From positions 1 through 24,610 of the forward strand of contig CAYUTF010000047.1 of NCBI GenBank assembly GCA_964447495.1: DNA of 24,610 nt. The letters run 5' to 3'. This stretch comes from an uncultured archaeon. GTDB taxonomy: Archaea; Asgardarchaeota; Lokiarchaeia; Sigyniarchaeales; SOKP01. Of this stretch, positions 1 to 9,589 are shown piece by piece (positions within the stretch are counted from its first letter, which is position 1; every line of letters starts with the position of its first letter). Position numbers and translations under genes: made by a program. The notes under the pieces are model-generated. The model ran no database searches and was not told the DNA's origin. It saw only the letters and a program-made list of their open reading frames with translations.

Positions 1-698
1 TTGGAATTATCTGCTTCTAATAAATCAATCATACATTTATTACAATCAGGCATATACATCATTGGTAAGACTGTATCTTCTCGCAAAAAACAGGTGTACT
101 TTTTATTTTTTATTGCTTCATAGAAGATCTCTACAGCATAATCCGTAGTACCTCCTCCTGGCAATGTCTCACTACTTATAATTCCAGGTAAGCGAATCGA
201 TCGAACATCGAGATGAAATTTATTATAATAATATTCTGCCAATAATTCTCCCGCTACTTTCGTTATTCCATACATTGTGGTTGGTTGTAACACAGTAGTA
301 TTTGGAGTGTTCTCTCTTGGAGTGGTTGGTCCAAATGCGGCAATTGAACTTGGCCAGATCAAATTTTTAATATTGTATGATCTGGAAACCTCTAATACGT
401 TAATTAAACCGTTAATGTTTATATTCCACGCTGCTTGCGGCATTTTCTCTCCCACTACCGATAATATAGAAGCCATATGAAATATTGTATCAATATTATA
501 TTCATGGACTGCTTTTGAAAGCATCTCTTTTTCTAATACGTCTAGATATATTACGGGACCATTATTTTTAATTATATCTGGAAGAGGAGTTTTTCGACCC
601 GTCGCGATTACATTATCATTTCCATATTTCTCACGAAGAACAGGAACTAATTCACTTCCAATTTGCCCAGCGCTTCCAATAACAAGTATTCTCCTCAT
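1..698 (-). CDS. tdh: L-threonine 3-dehydrogenase, SDR/UDP-galactose-4-epimerase-like type (3' end truncated by window edge)
   Basis: Not in the ORF track; translated by hand from ATG at 698: MRRILVIGSAGQIGSELVPVLREKYGNDNVIATG (Rossmann GxxGxxG), WPSSIAAFGP, PTTMYGITK (YxxxK), PGGGTTDYAVEIF and LPMMYMPD, which are hallmarks of SDR-type TDH. Divergent from kbl. Frame stays open to position 1. Confidence 0.9.
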   Translation of the reverse strand, partial: MRRILVIGSAGQIGSELVPVLREKYGNDNVIATGRKTPLPDIIKNNGPVIYLDVLEKEMLSKAVHEYNIDTIFHMASILSVVGEKMPQAAWNININGLINVLEVSRSYNIKNLIWPSSIAAFGPTTPRENTPNTTVLQPTTMYGITKVAGELLAEYYYNKFHLDVRSIRLPGIISSETLPGGGTTDYAVEIFYEAIKNKKYTCFLREDTVLPMMYMPDCNKCMIDLLEADNS

Positions 699-879
699 AA
701 TTATCGAAATCGTAGTTCATTTATTATTAGTATTATTCATAATTTAGTCAATTAAAAAAGCTTTATTCCTTTTTCCCACTTCCTTCCCCTATTTTTCATA
801 TAAGTAAAACATATAAACTGTTCTAAATACCATTAAATAATGTAATAATCAAGAATTTTAAAAGATATATGGTGATTAA

Positions 880-2067
880 ATGAAACGTTCTCCCACAGCA
901 TTTCTCAAAGAAGAAATCACTGAGTTAAGAAATAATAATTTAGAGTGGATTATTCGTTACCTCGAACAAGGTTCTAAACCTCACTCCAAAGTTGATGGTA
1001 AAGAAGTATTAATGCTTAACACTAACAATTATTTAGGGTTAGCAATGCACCCGAAGATCATTCAAGCCAGTATAGATGCAACAAAAAAGTATGGAGCTGG
1101 TGCTGGTGCAGTTCCCGTTATTGCTGGTAGTTTTGATCTTACTAAACAATTTCAAGAAAAATTTGCGAAATTTAAGGAAGTAGAAGCATCACTTTTATGT
1201 CAAACTGGATTTGCAGTTAACTCGGGACTAATTCCCATGCTAGTTGGGAAACCAGATATCGTAGTATCAGACGAGTTAAATCATGGCTCTATTATTGATG
1301 GAGTACGTCTCTCCGGAGCTAAAAGAATTATTTATAAACATCGTGATGTTGGAGACTTAGAAACGCAATTGAACGAAGCTGAAAAAGAAGGGGCAAGGAG
1401 AATCTGTATTATAACTGATGGTGTCTTTAGTATGGATGGAGACATAGCCCCTTTAGATAAGATCTCTAAAGTAGCAGAAGACTTTGGTGCTATAATCTTC
1501 GTGGATGACTGTCATGGTGAAGGAGTTTTAGGAAAAGGCAGAGGTATTGTTGCACACTTTAATTTACAAGGAAAAGTACACGTCGAAGGTGGAAGCATGA
1601 GTAAAGGATTTGGTGTCTTTGGCGGAACTGTAGCGGGCTCAAAGGATTTAATTGAGTTTTGTGCAAATAAAAGTCGAACTTATTTATTAAGTACTGCTCA
1701 TCCCCCTGGAGTAGTAGCAGCTAATATTGCTTCAATTGAAGTAGTTGAGAATGAACCTGAACATGTTCAGCGTGTATGGGATAATACCAATTATTTTAAA
1801 AAAGAAGTCCAGAATATGGGATATAATACAGGTAATTCGGAAACTCCAATTATCCCCTTAATTATAGGAGACCCTGGAAAAGCTCAAGAATTGGCGCGTG
1901 TCCTTTTTGAAGAAGAAAATATCTATGGCACACCCATTGTTTTTCCAATGGTAGCTCGAGAACTTTCAAGAATACGAGTGCAAATGAATGCGTTATTAAC
2001 TAAGGACGATCTTAACATGGCATTAGCTGCTATCGAAAAAGTTGGCAAAAAATTAGATATAATCTAA
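880..2067 (+). CDS. kbl: 2-amino-3-ketobutyrate CoA ligase (glycine C-acetyltransferase), alpha-oxoamine synthase family, PLP-dependent
   Basis: Motifs NNYLGLA, SDELNHGSIIDG, ITDGVFSMDGDIAPL, VDDCHGEG, GSMSKGFG (PLP Lys) and RIRVQ. GGTGA RBS upstream. Adjacency to tdh favours Kbl over BioF. Confidence 0.88.
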   Translation: MKRSPTAFLKEEITELRNNNLEWIIRYLEQGSKPHSKVDGKEVLMLNTNNYLGLAMHPKIIQASIDATKKYGAGAGAVPVIAGSFDLTKQFQEKFAKFKEVEASLLCQTGFAVNSGLIPMLVGKPDIVVSDELNHGSIIDGVRLSGAKRIIYKHRDVGDLETQLNEAEKEGARRICIITDGVFSMDGDIAPLDKISKVAEDFGAIIFVDDCHGEGVLGKGRGIVAHFNLQGKVHVEGGSMSKGFGVFGGTVAGSKDLIEFCANKSRTYLLSTAHPPGVVAANIASIEVVENEPEHVQRVWDNTNYFKKEVQNMGYNTGNSETPIIPLIIGDPGKAQELARVLFEEENIYGTPIVFPMVARELSRIRVQMNALLTKDDLNMALAAIEKVGKKLDII

Positions 2068-2127
2068 TCTATTTTTATTTTTTTATAATAGTGTATTCAA
2101 ATAAAATTAAAAAAAAGATAGTTGGTT
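2068..2127. terminator. Probable bidirectional archaeal oligo-T terminator between convergent kbl and MFS genes
   Basis: T-tract right after the kbl stop (about 2072-2085) and an A-tract (about 2109-2117) that reads as a T-tract on the minus strand. Confidence 0.5.
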
Positions 2128-3507
2128 TTATCTTTTTGGTTTTACGAACGAAATAATTATTATTCCTATGATTAATATTAAACCAACTGACATTAAAGCA
2201 AAACCATATGCGATTTTTCCTATAAGGTCAAAAGTTAGCAATATAGCTCCCCACACTAATGGACCAATGGCAGAAGATGCTTTATTGCTAATTTCTGAAA
2301 AACCCATAAATTCTCCGAACTTTTCGTGAGGAGCAAGTTCTACTACCATAATACGTTGCGCTACCCAAGTTCCTCCGAGAGCGGGCCCTGCTATTATTCC
2401 CATAAGAAGACTCAGTATGAAAGGAAAATTTGCACCTACTAGAATATAAGGTGTTGAGAAGGTAAGGATTATACCCAGAATTAGTGCTGTTATCCATAAT
2501 GCACCTACAAGATAGAATGTTTTTTTCGCACCATATTTATGACCAAATTTACCGACAAAATATGTAAAAACAACAGCAGAAACTGTAGCAATTATAATGA
2601 ACATTATAGCAACAGTATCATCCCCTTTATTAGGCTCAAAGCCAATCACTAAACCATCTGTAACTAATGGAGTCATATATAAGATAAGTACACTCGCGAT
2701 GTCCGACACAAAAAAGTATCCTAACATGAAGATAAACAACTGCTTATTTTTCCTCAATTCTCTGAATGTTCCTCTGATCTGTCTGAAAGCACCCGAAAAT
2801 AATTCTTTTATAGGCGGTAATTTCCCTTTCTTATGTTTTTCGCGCACAAACAAGAAAGGAATAGCAAAGATGAAGAACAAAACCATTGAAAGGATGAATG
2901 GGATCGCATCACTAGTATATCCATACCCTAACCCTTCGGGAGAGGTTGGATCACTCACTACATTGCCATATATTGAAATTAATGGTAATAATATTAGAAG
3001 AGAAATGATTGTTCCTAGATATCCCCAAGCAACTGTAAATCCTGACACTTTGCCGACATCCTCCTTTTTTGCGATAAAAGGAAGCATCGCATCAAAAAAA
3101 ATTAAACTGAAATTGTAGGCAATATTTGCTATTATGTAAAAGAGCAATACTAGTAAAAGATTATGGTACAAACCAATAAGACTTGCAAAGATAAGAATGA
3201 TGAAAGTTAGACTTATTATAAATGGCTTTCGTTTGCCTGCTCGATCACTTAACGCACCAATAATGGGAACCAAAACTGCAATTCCTATTTGCATGATTGC
3301 ACTAGCAACGCCAAAGATAAAACTAGCATCTCCATATGACATTCCATATTCTAACTGCCCTATTACTAATACATATCGGTTAATAATTAAACTCACAATT
3401 ATCATAGAATAGATAGTATTAGCCAAATCATACATTGCATAAAAGAAAACGTTTCGCTTTGAAGTTACAGTTTCTACTTCTACAATTTCATTTTCATCTG
3501 ATGACAT
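2128..3507 (-). CDS. MFS transporter, UMF1/Atg22(BtlA)-like family
   Basis: About 12 hydrophobic helices. YAMYDLANTIYS in TM1, MFS motif A GALSDRAGKRK, FFDAMLP..GKVSG..WGYLG, and GEFMGFSEISNKASSAIGP. Confidence 0.8.
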   Translation of the reverse strand: MSSDENEIVEVETVTSKRNVFFYAMYDLANTIYSMIIVSLIINRYVLVIGQLEYGMSYGDASFIFGVASAIMQIGIAVLVPIIGALSDRAGKRKPFIISLTFIILIFASLIGLYHNLLLVLLFYIIANIAYNFSLIFFDAMLPFIAKKEDVGKVSGFTVAWGYLGTIISLLILLPLISIYGNVVSDPTSPEGLGYGYTSDAIPFILSMVLFFIFAIPFLFVREKHKKGKLPPIKELFSGAFRQIRGTFRELRKNKQLFIFMLGYFFVSDIASVLILYMTPLVTDGLVIGFEPNKGDDTVAIMFIIIATVSAVVFTYFVGKFGHKYGAKKTFYLVGALWITALILGIILTFSTPYILVGANFPFILSLLMGIIAGPALGGTWVAQRIMVVELAPHEKFGEFMGFSEISNKASSAIGPLVWGAILLTFDLIGKIAYGFALMSVGLILIIGIIIISFVKPKR

Positions 3508-3689
3508 AAGATTTATTCTAAAATATTTTTTAAAATTGTTAAAATTGAATTAATTCATAATCTTATAAATGTTGCATAAAGAAATATTCAGCTTTTAGTT
3601 AAATAATTAAAATCAGTAAAACCATAATTTTAAATAAAATCTCATTTAAATAAGTTTAATTAAATCTAATTAGAATTTAGAGATTAAAA

Positions 3690-5096
3690 ATGAGTGAAGA
3701 AAAGTTACCATTTAAAGAAAAGTTTCTTTTTGGATTATCAGCGATACCTGATCAACTCACCTATCAAATATTTCAATTCTTGATTTTTACGTTTTATTTT
3801 ACAGTAGTTCAAATTCCAACATCATTAATGATACTTGGTTATGTGATATGGGGGATTTGGAATGCTGCCAATGATCCTCTACTCGGAGCACTTTCAGAAA
3901 GGTCAAAATTTAGAGGAAAGTGGGGAAAAAGAAAATTCTTCTTAATCATATCTATTATACCTTTATGTCTCTCTATGATTTTCTTATTTTATGTACCCTT
4001 TAATACTGTTACAAAACTCGCCGAGTTTTTCTATTTCCTTTTCATTATCATCGTTTTCGAATTCTTCTATACTCTTTTTGATGTCAACGTCAATGCCATT
4101 TTCCCTGAAATGTTTCCCACAGAAAAAAAAAGAGCAGCAACCAATCTATTCATTAAAATCACGACTATAGTAGCTTTAATTTTGAGCGCATTATTACCAG
4201 CTGTGTTTGTATCCGACTATGTTCCGGATACTCCAGAACAAGTTCCCCTAATAATGAATCAATATTTAGTTGCGATAGTAATCGTTGCAGTGATAACAAT
4301 TGTTGCATCTATACCATTTCTTTTAAAAGGGATAAGAGAAAAAGAGGAAAGCAGAGCTGATTTAGAAAAACGACCATCCTTTTTTAAATCTTTAAAAATC
4401 ACCTTAACTAACAAGACATTTGTAAAATTTGTGTTAGCTAACACTATGGTTTGGTATTGTTTTAGTATGTTACCAATAATTATCCCTATTTACGCAGATG
4501 AAGTATTACAAATAAATCAATCTTCGATCGTAAGTATCGCCTTAATGTTAGCATTCTTAGTTGCTGCCATCACTATGCCGCTTCATAGAAAAATGGGCTT
4601 TAAACTCGGAATGAGAAAAGCTTTTATGATTACCATGGGAATCTGGATTATTACACTCTTCCCATATTTCATAATTAGTGGCCCTCAATTTACCACTATT
4701 TTTATAATAATTACCGCAATCCAAGGTTTTCCATTATCCGGCGCCTTATTTTACGTAGATATTATTCATGCAGATGTAATTGATGAGGATGCGTTAAAAT
4801 TTGGGGTTAAAAGATCAGCAAGTTTTTACGGAATTAATGCCTTTATTCATCGAATTTCAATAATACTAGTTGTAATATCATTATATAGCATGTTCGGCTC
4901 AATTGGCTGGGATAAACAATATGAATTTATTGTACCTAATCCATTTTTGAAAGAAATAGGATTAAAAGCACTTATGTTCATATTTCCTGCAATTGCTTTA
5001 ATTGTTGGAATCATTTTTATGAAATCTTTTGGTTTACATGGGAAGCGTTTAGAAGAGGTTAGAGCAGAAATTCAAAAGCATCCAGAATTAAAATAA
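3690..5096 (+). CDS. MFS glycoside-pentoside-hexuronide (MelB/MFS_2-like) cation symporter
   Basis: WNAANDPLLGALSERSKFRGKWGKRK, and IHADVIDEDALKFGVKRSASFYG (GPH DVID..E....R..G.FYG motif). About 12 TMs. Confidence 0.82.
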   Translation: MSEEKLPFKEKFLFGLSAIPDQLTYQIFQFLIFTFYFTVVQIPTSLMILGYVIWGIWNAANDPLLGALSERSKFRGKWGKRKFFLIISIIPLCLSMIFLFYVPFNTVTKLAEFFYFLFIIIVFEFFYTLFDVNVNAIFPEMFPTEKKRAATNLFIKITTIVALILSALLPAVFVSDYVPDTPEQVPLIMNQYLVAIVIVAVITIVASIPFLLKGIREKEESRADLEKRPSFFKSLKITLTNKTFVKFVLANTMVWYCFSMLPIIIPIYADEVLQINQSSIVSIALMLAFLVAAITMPLHRKMGFKLGMRKAFMITMGIWIITLFPYFIISGPQFTTIFIIITAIQGFPLSGALFYVDIIHADVIDEDALKFGVKRSASFYGINAFIHRISIILVVISLYSMFGSIGWDKQYEFIVPNPFLKEIGLKALMFIFPAIALIVGIIFMKSFGLHGKRLEEVRAEIQKHPELK

Positions 5097-5204
5097 TCTA
5101 ATATTTTTTTTTCTTTTTTTAAATTTAAATTTTTAATAAAATATTACCATAAGACATTCTTGGTTTTAATAATGGATTATAAATATGTTAAAGAAAAAAA
5201 TAAG
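5097..5204. terminator. Probable bidirectional oligo-T terminator region between convergent genes
   Basis: TTTTTTTTTCTTTTTTT at about 5104-5120 after the + gene, and an A-rich tract at about 5189-5200 after the - gene. Confidence 0.5.
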
Positions 5205-6122
5205 TTATTTTTTTAATCCTAATATTTGTTTGGCTTCATCAACAGTAGCAGGTTCTCGACCAATTTCTTTTGCTAATCGGACCATTCTTTTAACTAATTG
5301 AGCGTTATTTTGTACTGGTTCACCTTTCTGATAATATATAGTATCTTCCAAACCGGTTCGGACATTCGCTCCCATACACATAGCTACTAGAGTGGTACGC
5401 AAATTAAACTTCCCTACTGTTACCACTTGCCAAGTAGACCCTTCAGGAATTTGGTGAACCATATGTAGTAAACTTTCAATGCTGGCAGGTGCCCCTCCTT
5501 TTATTCCTAATACAATACTGAAGTGAAGAGGCGGATTTAAAATTCCTTGTTCAACCAATTCCATAATATTGGCAATATGGCTGGAGTCATATACTTCAAT
5601 CTCTAACCCAAAACCCTTTTTCTTACACTTGCTAATATATTTCTTATTGAAATCCATGGGATTATTAAATACTGCTCCACCATAAGGGGTACGAAATTCA
5701 AAGGTTCCCGCATTTATAGTATGCATTTCGGGAGGAGGATTTATATTTAAGAGGTTTAAGCGTTCTTCCAGAGTTGGTTGTACAATGTCAGAATGAACTT
5801 GTTTTCTTCCAGTCTTAGTAATTGTATGGCTAGTAACAACGCGAGCTCCGATTCCGTTCCCAATTTGTCGAATAATTGGACATTTTTCACCGATTAACTT
5901 TATTGTTTTGTTATAATATTTCAAATCAGGTGTATTTTGACCATCATCTCCTCTTACATGAATATGCACTATTGAGGCCCCCGCTTCATAACATTCTAAA
6001 GTATCTTGAGCCTGCTCTTCTGCAGTTATAGGTAATGAAGGATTAGCCCATTTTCCATGAATTCCACCGGTGATTGCACAAGTTATGATAAGCTTATTAT
6101 TTGAAAGCAAGTTTGATTTCAT
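5205..6122 (-). CDS. Beta-keto acid cleavage enzyme (BKACE/DUF849, Kce family), substrate uncertain
   Basis: LIITCAITGG, EAGASIVHIHVR (Zn-binding HxH), EIEVYD, HFSIVLGIKGG, NVRTGLEDT (catalytic Arg/Glu/Asp) and GREPATVDEAKQILGL. Confidence 0.9.
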   Translation of the reverse strand: MKSNLLSNNKLIITCAITGGIHGKWANPSLPITAEEQAQDTLECYEAGASIVHIHVRGDDGQNTPDLKYYNKTIKLIGEKCPIIRQIGNGIGARVVTSHTITKTGRKQVHSDIVQPTLEERLNLLNINPPPEMHTINAGTFEFRTPYGGAVFNNPMDFNKKYISKCKKKGFGLEIEVYDSSHIANIMELVEQGILNPPLHFSIVLGIKGGAPASIESLLHMVHQIPEGSTWQVVTVGKFNLRTTLVAMCMGANVRTGLEDTIYYQKGEPVQNNAQLVKRMVRLAKEIGREPATVDEAKQILGLKK

Positions 6123-6241
6123 TTTATTAACCTATAAAGAATAATGTTATTTTAATCTAAATTATTTTGAGAGTACATACTATATATAATTTTTAATTAA
6201 GGTTAGTAAAAGAAGTACATTTTTGTTTAAAATAAGGGTTT

Positions 6242-7612
6242 TTATTTTGCATATTCAGTAAATTTAGGTATTAATCCATTGTTCATTAAAGCTTCATATT
6301 GCTTTTGAGAATTGGTAATTATATCATTTGCGTTATTGTATAATTCTTCTTCGGATAATTTAACTTTAGCAATGCCTTGTTCAATTGCTTTTAATCCAGC
6401 AGCTACTGCTTCTCGTACAAATGCTTCTTCGTATTCCATTGTCGGCAAAATGCAACTTTCAACCAAGCACCCTTCAATTTCATATACTAAATTTGCTAAA
6501 GAATAGGATGCTGCGATGCACATCTCATCAGTTATTGTACTAGCACGTACATCTAAGACGCCTCGAAACAATCCAGGAAAACATAAAGAATTATTTACTT
6601 GGTTTAGAAAATCAGATCTCCCCGTCGCGACTATACTTGCTCCTGCCTCATGTGCATCCCATGGAAAAATCTCTGGGATTGGATTTGCTAAAGCAAACAC
6701 AATTGCATTATCCGTCATTTTTGAAATCCATTCTTTTTTAATGACATTTGGTCCAGGAATACTTGAAGATATAAGGACATCCGCAGCTTCTATTGCATTA
6801 CCTAAGTCTCCTTGAACCTGCTCTTTATTGCTAATATTTGCTATTTCACACCTATAATCTCCTGGACACTTTAAGTCTGCTCGGTCTTTATATAATATTC
6901 CATGTGAATCTACAAAAATTGAATTTTTAATATTAAAATTATCAGCATTTAATAACCGATATATACCAAAGTTTGCTGCTCCAATACCATTAAACACAAT
7001 TTTAATATCATTCTTATTTTTCCCTACAATACGCAATGCATTAACTAAACCTGAGAGCGTAACACAAGCAGTTCCTTGTTGATCGTCATGCCAAACAGGA
7101 ATAGTTATTTCAGGGTCTGCCCGTAACTTATCGAGAACAGTAAAACACTTCGGCTTACTAATATCTTCTAAATTAATACCTCCGAACGTTGGCTGAATCA
7201 TTTTTACAAATTCTATGATTTGATCCGCATCACAGCAATTCTTGGAGCCAATGCTAAGTGGAAATGCATCAACTCCTCCTAAATATTTGAATAATAATGC
7301 TTTACCTTCCATAACTGGTAAAGATGCTTCTGGACCTATATTTCCTAATCCTAATACTCTACTCCCATCAGATACTATTGCTACATAATTCCATTTACTC
7401 GTATATTCGTATACTTTCTCTTTATTTTTATATATTTCATTACAAGGTGCAGCCACACCGGGAGAATACCAGATACCAAAATCGTCATAATTAGATACTT
7501 GGCAACGAGGCATAACTTGCATTTTCCCTTTATAAAAGCTATGCATCTTTAGAGCATTTATTCCAGGAATCTTAGATTTTCTGATTAGTTCTTCTTTTGA
7601 ATATTTTTCCAT
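6242..7612 (-). CDS. mae: NAD(P)-dependent malic enzyme (short prokaryotic type)
   Basis: YSPGVAAPC, VSDGSRVLGLGNIGP, LPVMEGKALLFK, GGINLEDI, WHDDQQGTA, FALANPIPEI and TGRSDFLNQVNNSLCFPG. Confidence 0.93.
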   Translation of the reverse strand: MEKYSKEELIRKSKIPGINALKMHSFYKGKMQVMPRCQVSNYDDFGIWYSPGVAAPCNEIYKNKEKVYEYTSKWNYVAIVSDGSRVLGLGNIGPEASLPVMEGKALLFKYLGGVDAFPLSIGSKNCCDADQIIEFVKMIQPTFGGINLEDISKPKCFTVLDKLRADPEITIPVWHDDQQGTACVTLSGLVNALRIVGKNKNDIKIVFNGIGAANFGIYRLLNADNFNIKNSIFVDSHGILYKDRADLKCPGDYRCEIANISNKEQVQGDLGNAIEAADVLISSSIPGPNVIKKEWISKMTDNAIVFALANPIPEIFPWDAHEAGASIVATGRSDFLNQVNNSLCFPGLFRGVLDVRASTITDEMCIAASYSLANLVYEIEGCLVESCILPTMEYEEAFVREAVAAGLKAIEQGIAKVKLSEEELYNNANDIITNSQKQYEALMNNGLIPKFTEYAK

Positions 7613-7746
7613 ATCTAGTGAAAGCGTGATATAAATTATAATCTAAGCGATTATGAATTATAAAGGGAAAAAATTTTTTTTTTAATAACATTATTCAATA
7701 ATTATACATTTTCAATTGAAAACTATCATACTTTCTGGAATATTAT

Positions 7747-8682
7747 ATGACTGATATTAACACAACATTTCTTATCTCCTTAACAATTATTGCAATTGGA
7801 TATATCATAAAGCATGTGAACTTGATTAAAGAAGAAAATGGAGATATCCTAGCGAAAATAATTTTTAACATTACTTTACCAGCTGTTATTCTCAAATATA
7901 CGAGTACTGTCCAATTTGAAATTTCTCTTATTTTATTACCATTAATAAACATCTCATTTGGAATAATAATGGCATTTATTGGCTCACTAATTACCCAAAA
8001 GACTCCTCGATCAACTAAAGGATTAATGCTGATGACAATGATCGGATTTAATGTTGTTCACTTCTCCTTCCCGTTAGTGGAAGGAATATGGGGTGAAAAT
8101 GGAATGCAATTGATTACGTTTATTGATGCAGGAAATGCATTTTCTATATTTGTCTTATCTTATATGCTAGGGACATTATATTCACCTAAGAATCAGTTTG
8201 AAACAGAAAAATTAGGTATTAAATTTATAGGAAAAAAATTATTGAGATCAGTTCCACTGCTAACTTATGCTGTGGCTTTACTAATTAATTTTTCTGGTAT
8301 AACTATTCCACTCTTTTTCAGTGAACTAATAAATGTAGTCGCTCGTGCGAATACAGCATTAGCGCTTTTATTATTAGGTATCTTTTTGAACTTTCACTTT
8401 GAAAGAAGTGAATGGATTACTATTTTAAAAGTGCTAATTATTAGGTATTCAGTAGGTATAGCAATAAGTTTAAGTTTATTTTTCTCGCTTCCCTCTCCTC
8501 CTTTTAGCTCACTTTTCCGAATAATCGTTGCTATCTCTTTGATTTTGCCAATTGGAGTGGCAATAATCCCTTTTTCTGTTGAACTCGGGTATAATAAAAA
8601 GTTAACAACTATGCTAGTTAATTTATCTCTAATTATTAGTTTTATACTTGTTTGGATTTTTATACTATTGTTAAATGGTTAA
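7747..8682 (+). CDS. AEC (auxin efflux carrier/MleP-like) family permease, possibly malate/organic-acid transporter
   Basis: About 10 TMs in two repeats. IIFNITLPAVI, GFNVVHFSFPLVEGIWG, ANTALALLLLG and LPIGVAIIPFS are AEC signatures. Divergent from malic enzyme. Confidence 0.8.
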   Translation: MTDINTTFLISLTIIAIGYIIKHVNLIKEENGDILAKIIFNITLPAVILKYTSTVQFEISLILLPLINISFGIIMAFIGSLITQKTPRSTKGLMLMTMIGFNVVHFSFPLVEGIWGENGMQLITFIDAGNAFSIFVLSYMLGTLYSPKNQFETEKLGIKFIGKKLLRSVPLLTYAVALLINFSGITIPLFFSELINVVARANTALALLLLGIFLNFHFERSEWITILKVLIIRYSVGIAISLSLFFSLPSPPFSSLFRIIVAISLILPIGVAIIPFSVELGYNKKLTTMLVNLSLIISFILVWIFILLLNG

Positions 8683-8696
8683 AAATTAAAAAAATA

Positions 8697-9545
8697 TTAA
8701 CTTTTTTCCCTCTTATACTTATAGAAACCTTTTCCGCTTTTAATTCCTAACTCACCGCGTTCCACCATTTCTTTTAACCTTTCTGGTGGCTTATCTCGTG
8801 GATCCTTAGTTTCTTGAAAATATGAGGATTCAACATTATAGGTTACATCTAAACCAATTCCATCCATCATTGTAAAAGGACCATAAGGCATTTTTGTAAA
8901 AATTCTCCAAGCTTCGTCAATATTTTCAACATCTGCAACTCCATTTGCCCATAAGTTTAAACATTCTTTTCTTGTAGCCCTCCAAATGCGATTGAATAAG
9001 AACCCAAAGCTTTCTTTCTTAAGGATAAGTGGTGTGCATTTTATGCTTTCTATCCATTCCTTTCCTCTTTGAAAAACTTCATCACTTGTCTGAAATCCTC
9101 GCATTATATCTGCCATTGGTCTGGCATTAATTGGAGGGTAGAAATGAATATTTAGAACGCGATTCTTTTTTTCAACCGCATCTTCGATCCTTGAAACAGG
9201 ATATGTTGAACTATTAGTAGCTATAATAGTATCGTCAGACACAACCCTTTCGACTTGAGCAAAAACTTTTTTTTTAATATTTAAATCCTCTGATACAGCT
9301 TCAATGACTAGATCAGCATGAGACATAGCAGAATTGAGATCATTATAATATTTTATCATTACTATTTGACGATCTTTCTTTTTCCTCTTTAGAGCGCTAT
9401 TTATAAAATCTTCAGCATCTTTAAGAGCATTAGGATCTATATCATAAATATTCACATTATAATCATGTAGAACTGTCCAGATGGCAATTTGCCTCCCCAT
9501 TAAACCTGCTCCTATTATTCCAATTTGTTTAATTATTCTATCCAT
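8697..9545 (-). CDS. 3-hydroxyacyl-CoA dehydrogenase family protein (paralog 1)
   Basis: GAGLMG, IEAVSEDLNIKK, ATNSST, HFY (His134), GFLFNRI, GPFTMMDGIGLD and GELGIKSGKGFY. Confidence 0.88.
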   Translation of the reverse strand: MDRIIKQIGIIGAGLMGRQIAIWTVLHDYNVNIYDIDPNALKDAEDFINSALKRKKKDRQIVMIKYYNDLNSAMSHADLVIEAVSEDLNIKKKVFAQVERVVSDDTIIATNSSTYPVSRIEDAVEKKNRVLNIHFYPPINARPMADIMRGFQTSDEVFQRGKEWIESIKCTPLILKKESFGFLFNRIWRATRKECLNLWANGVADVENIDEAWRIFTKMPYGPFTMMDGIGLDVTYNVESSYFQETKDPRDKPPERLKEMVERGELGIKSGKGFYKYKREKS

Positions 9546-9589
9546 ATTATTTCACATTAATTATAACTGTTTTAGAATAATTTCACAAA

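Noticed and set aside
277-480. 67 aa + strand ORF
   Set aside because: Antisense shadow of the tdh gene on the minus strand.
699-879. Specific TATA/BRE promoter calls in intergenic regions (e.g. AAAACATATAAA near 806-817)
   Set aside because: Intergenic DNA is so AT-rich that many TATA-like words occur, so none can be singled out without TSS data.
880-2067. BioF or serine palmitoyltransferase assignment
   Set aside because: Same family, but adjacency to tdh and the RIRVQ motif favour Kbl, and no biotin genes are nearby.
2288-4444. Short ORFs 2288-2497, 2597-3118, 3197-3412 and 4259-4444
   Set aside because: Nested in or antisense to the two MFS genes, with no recognisable motifs. Such ORFs are expected opposite hydrophobic coding sequence.
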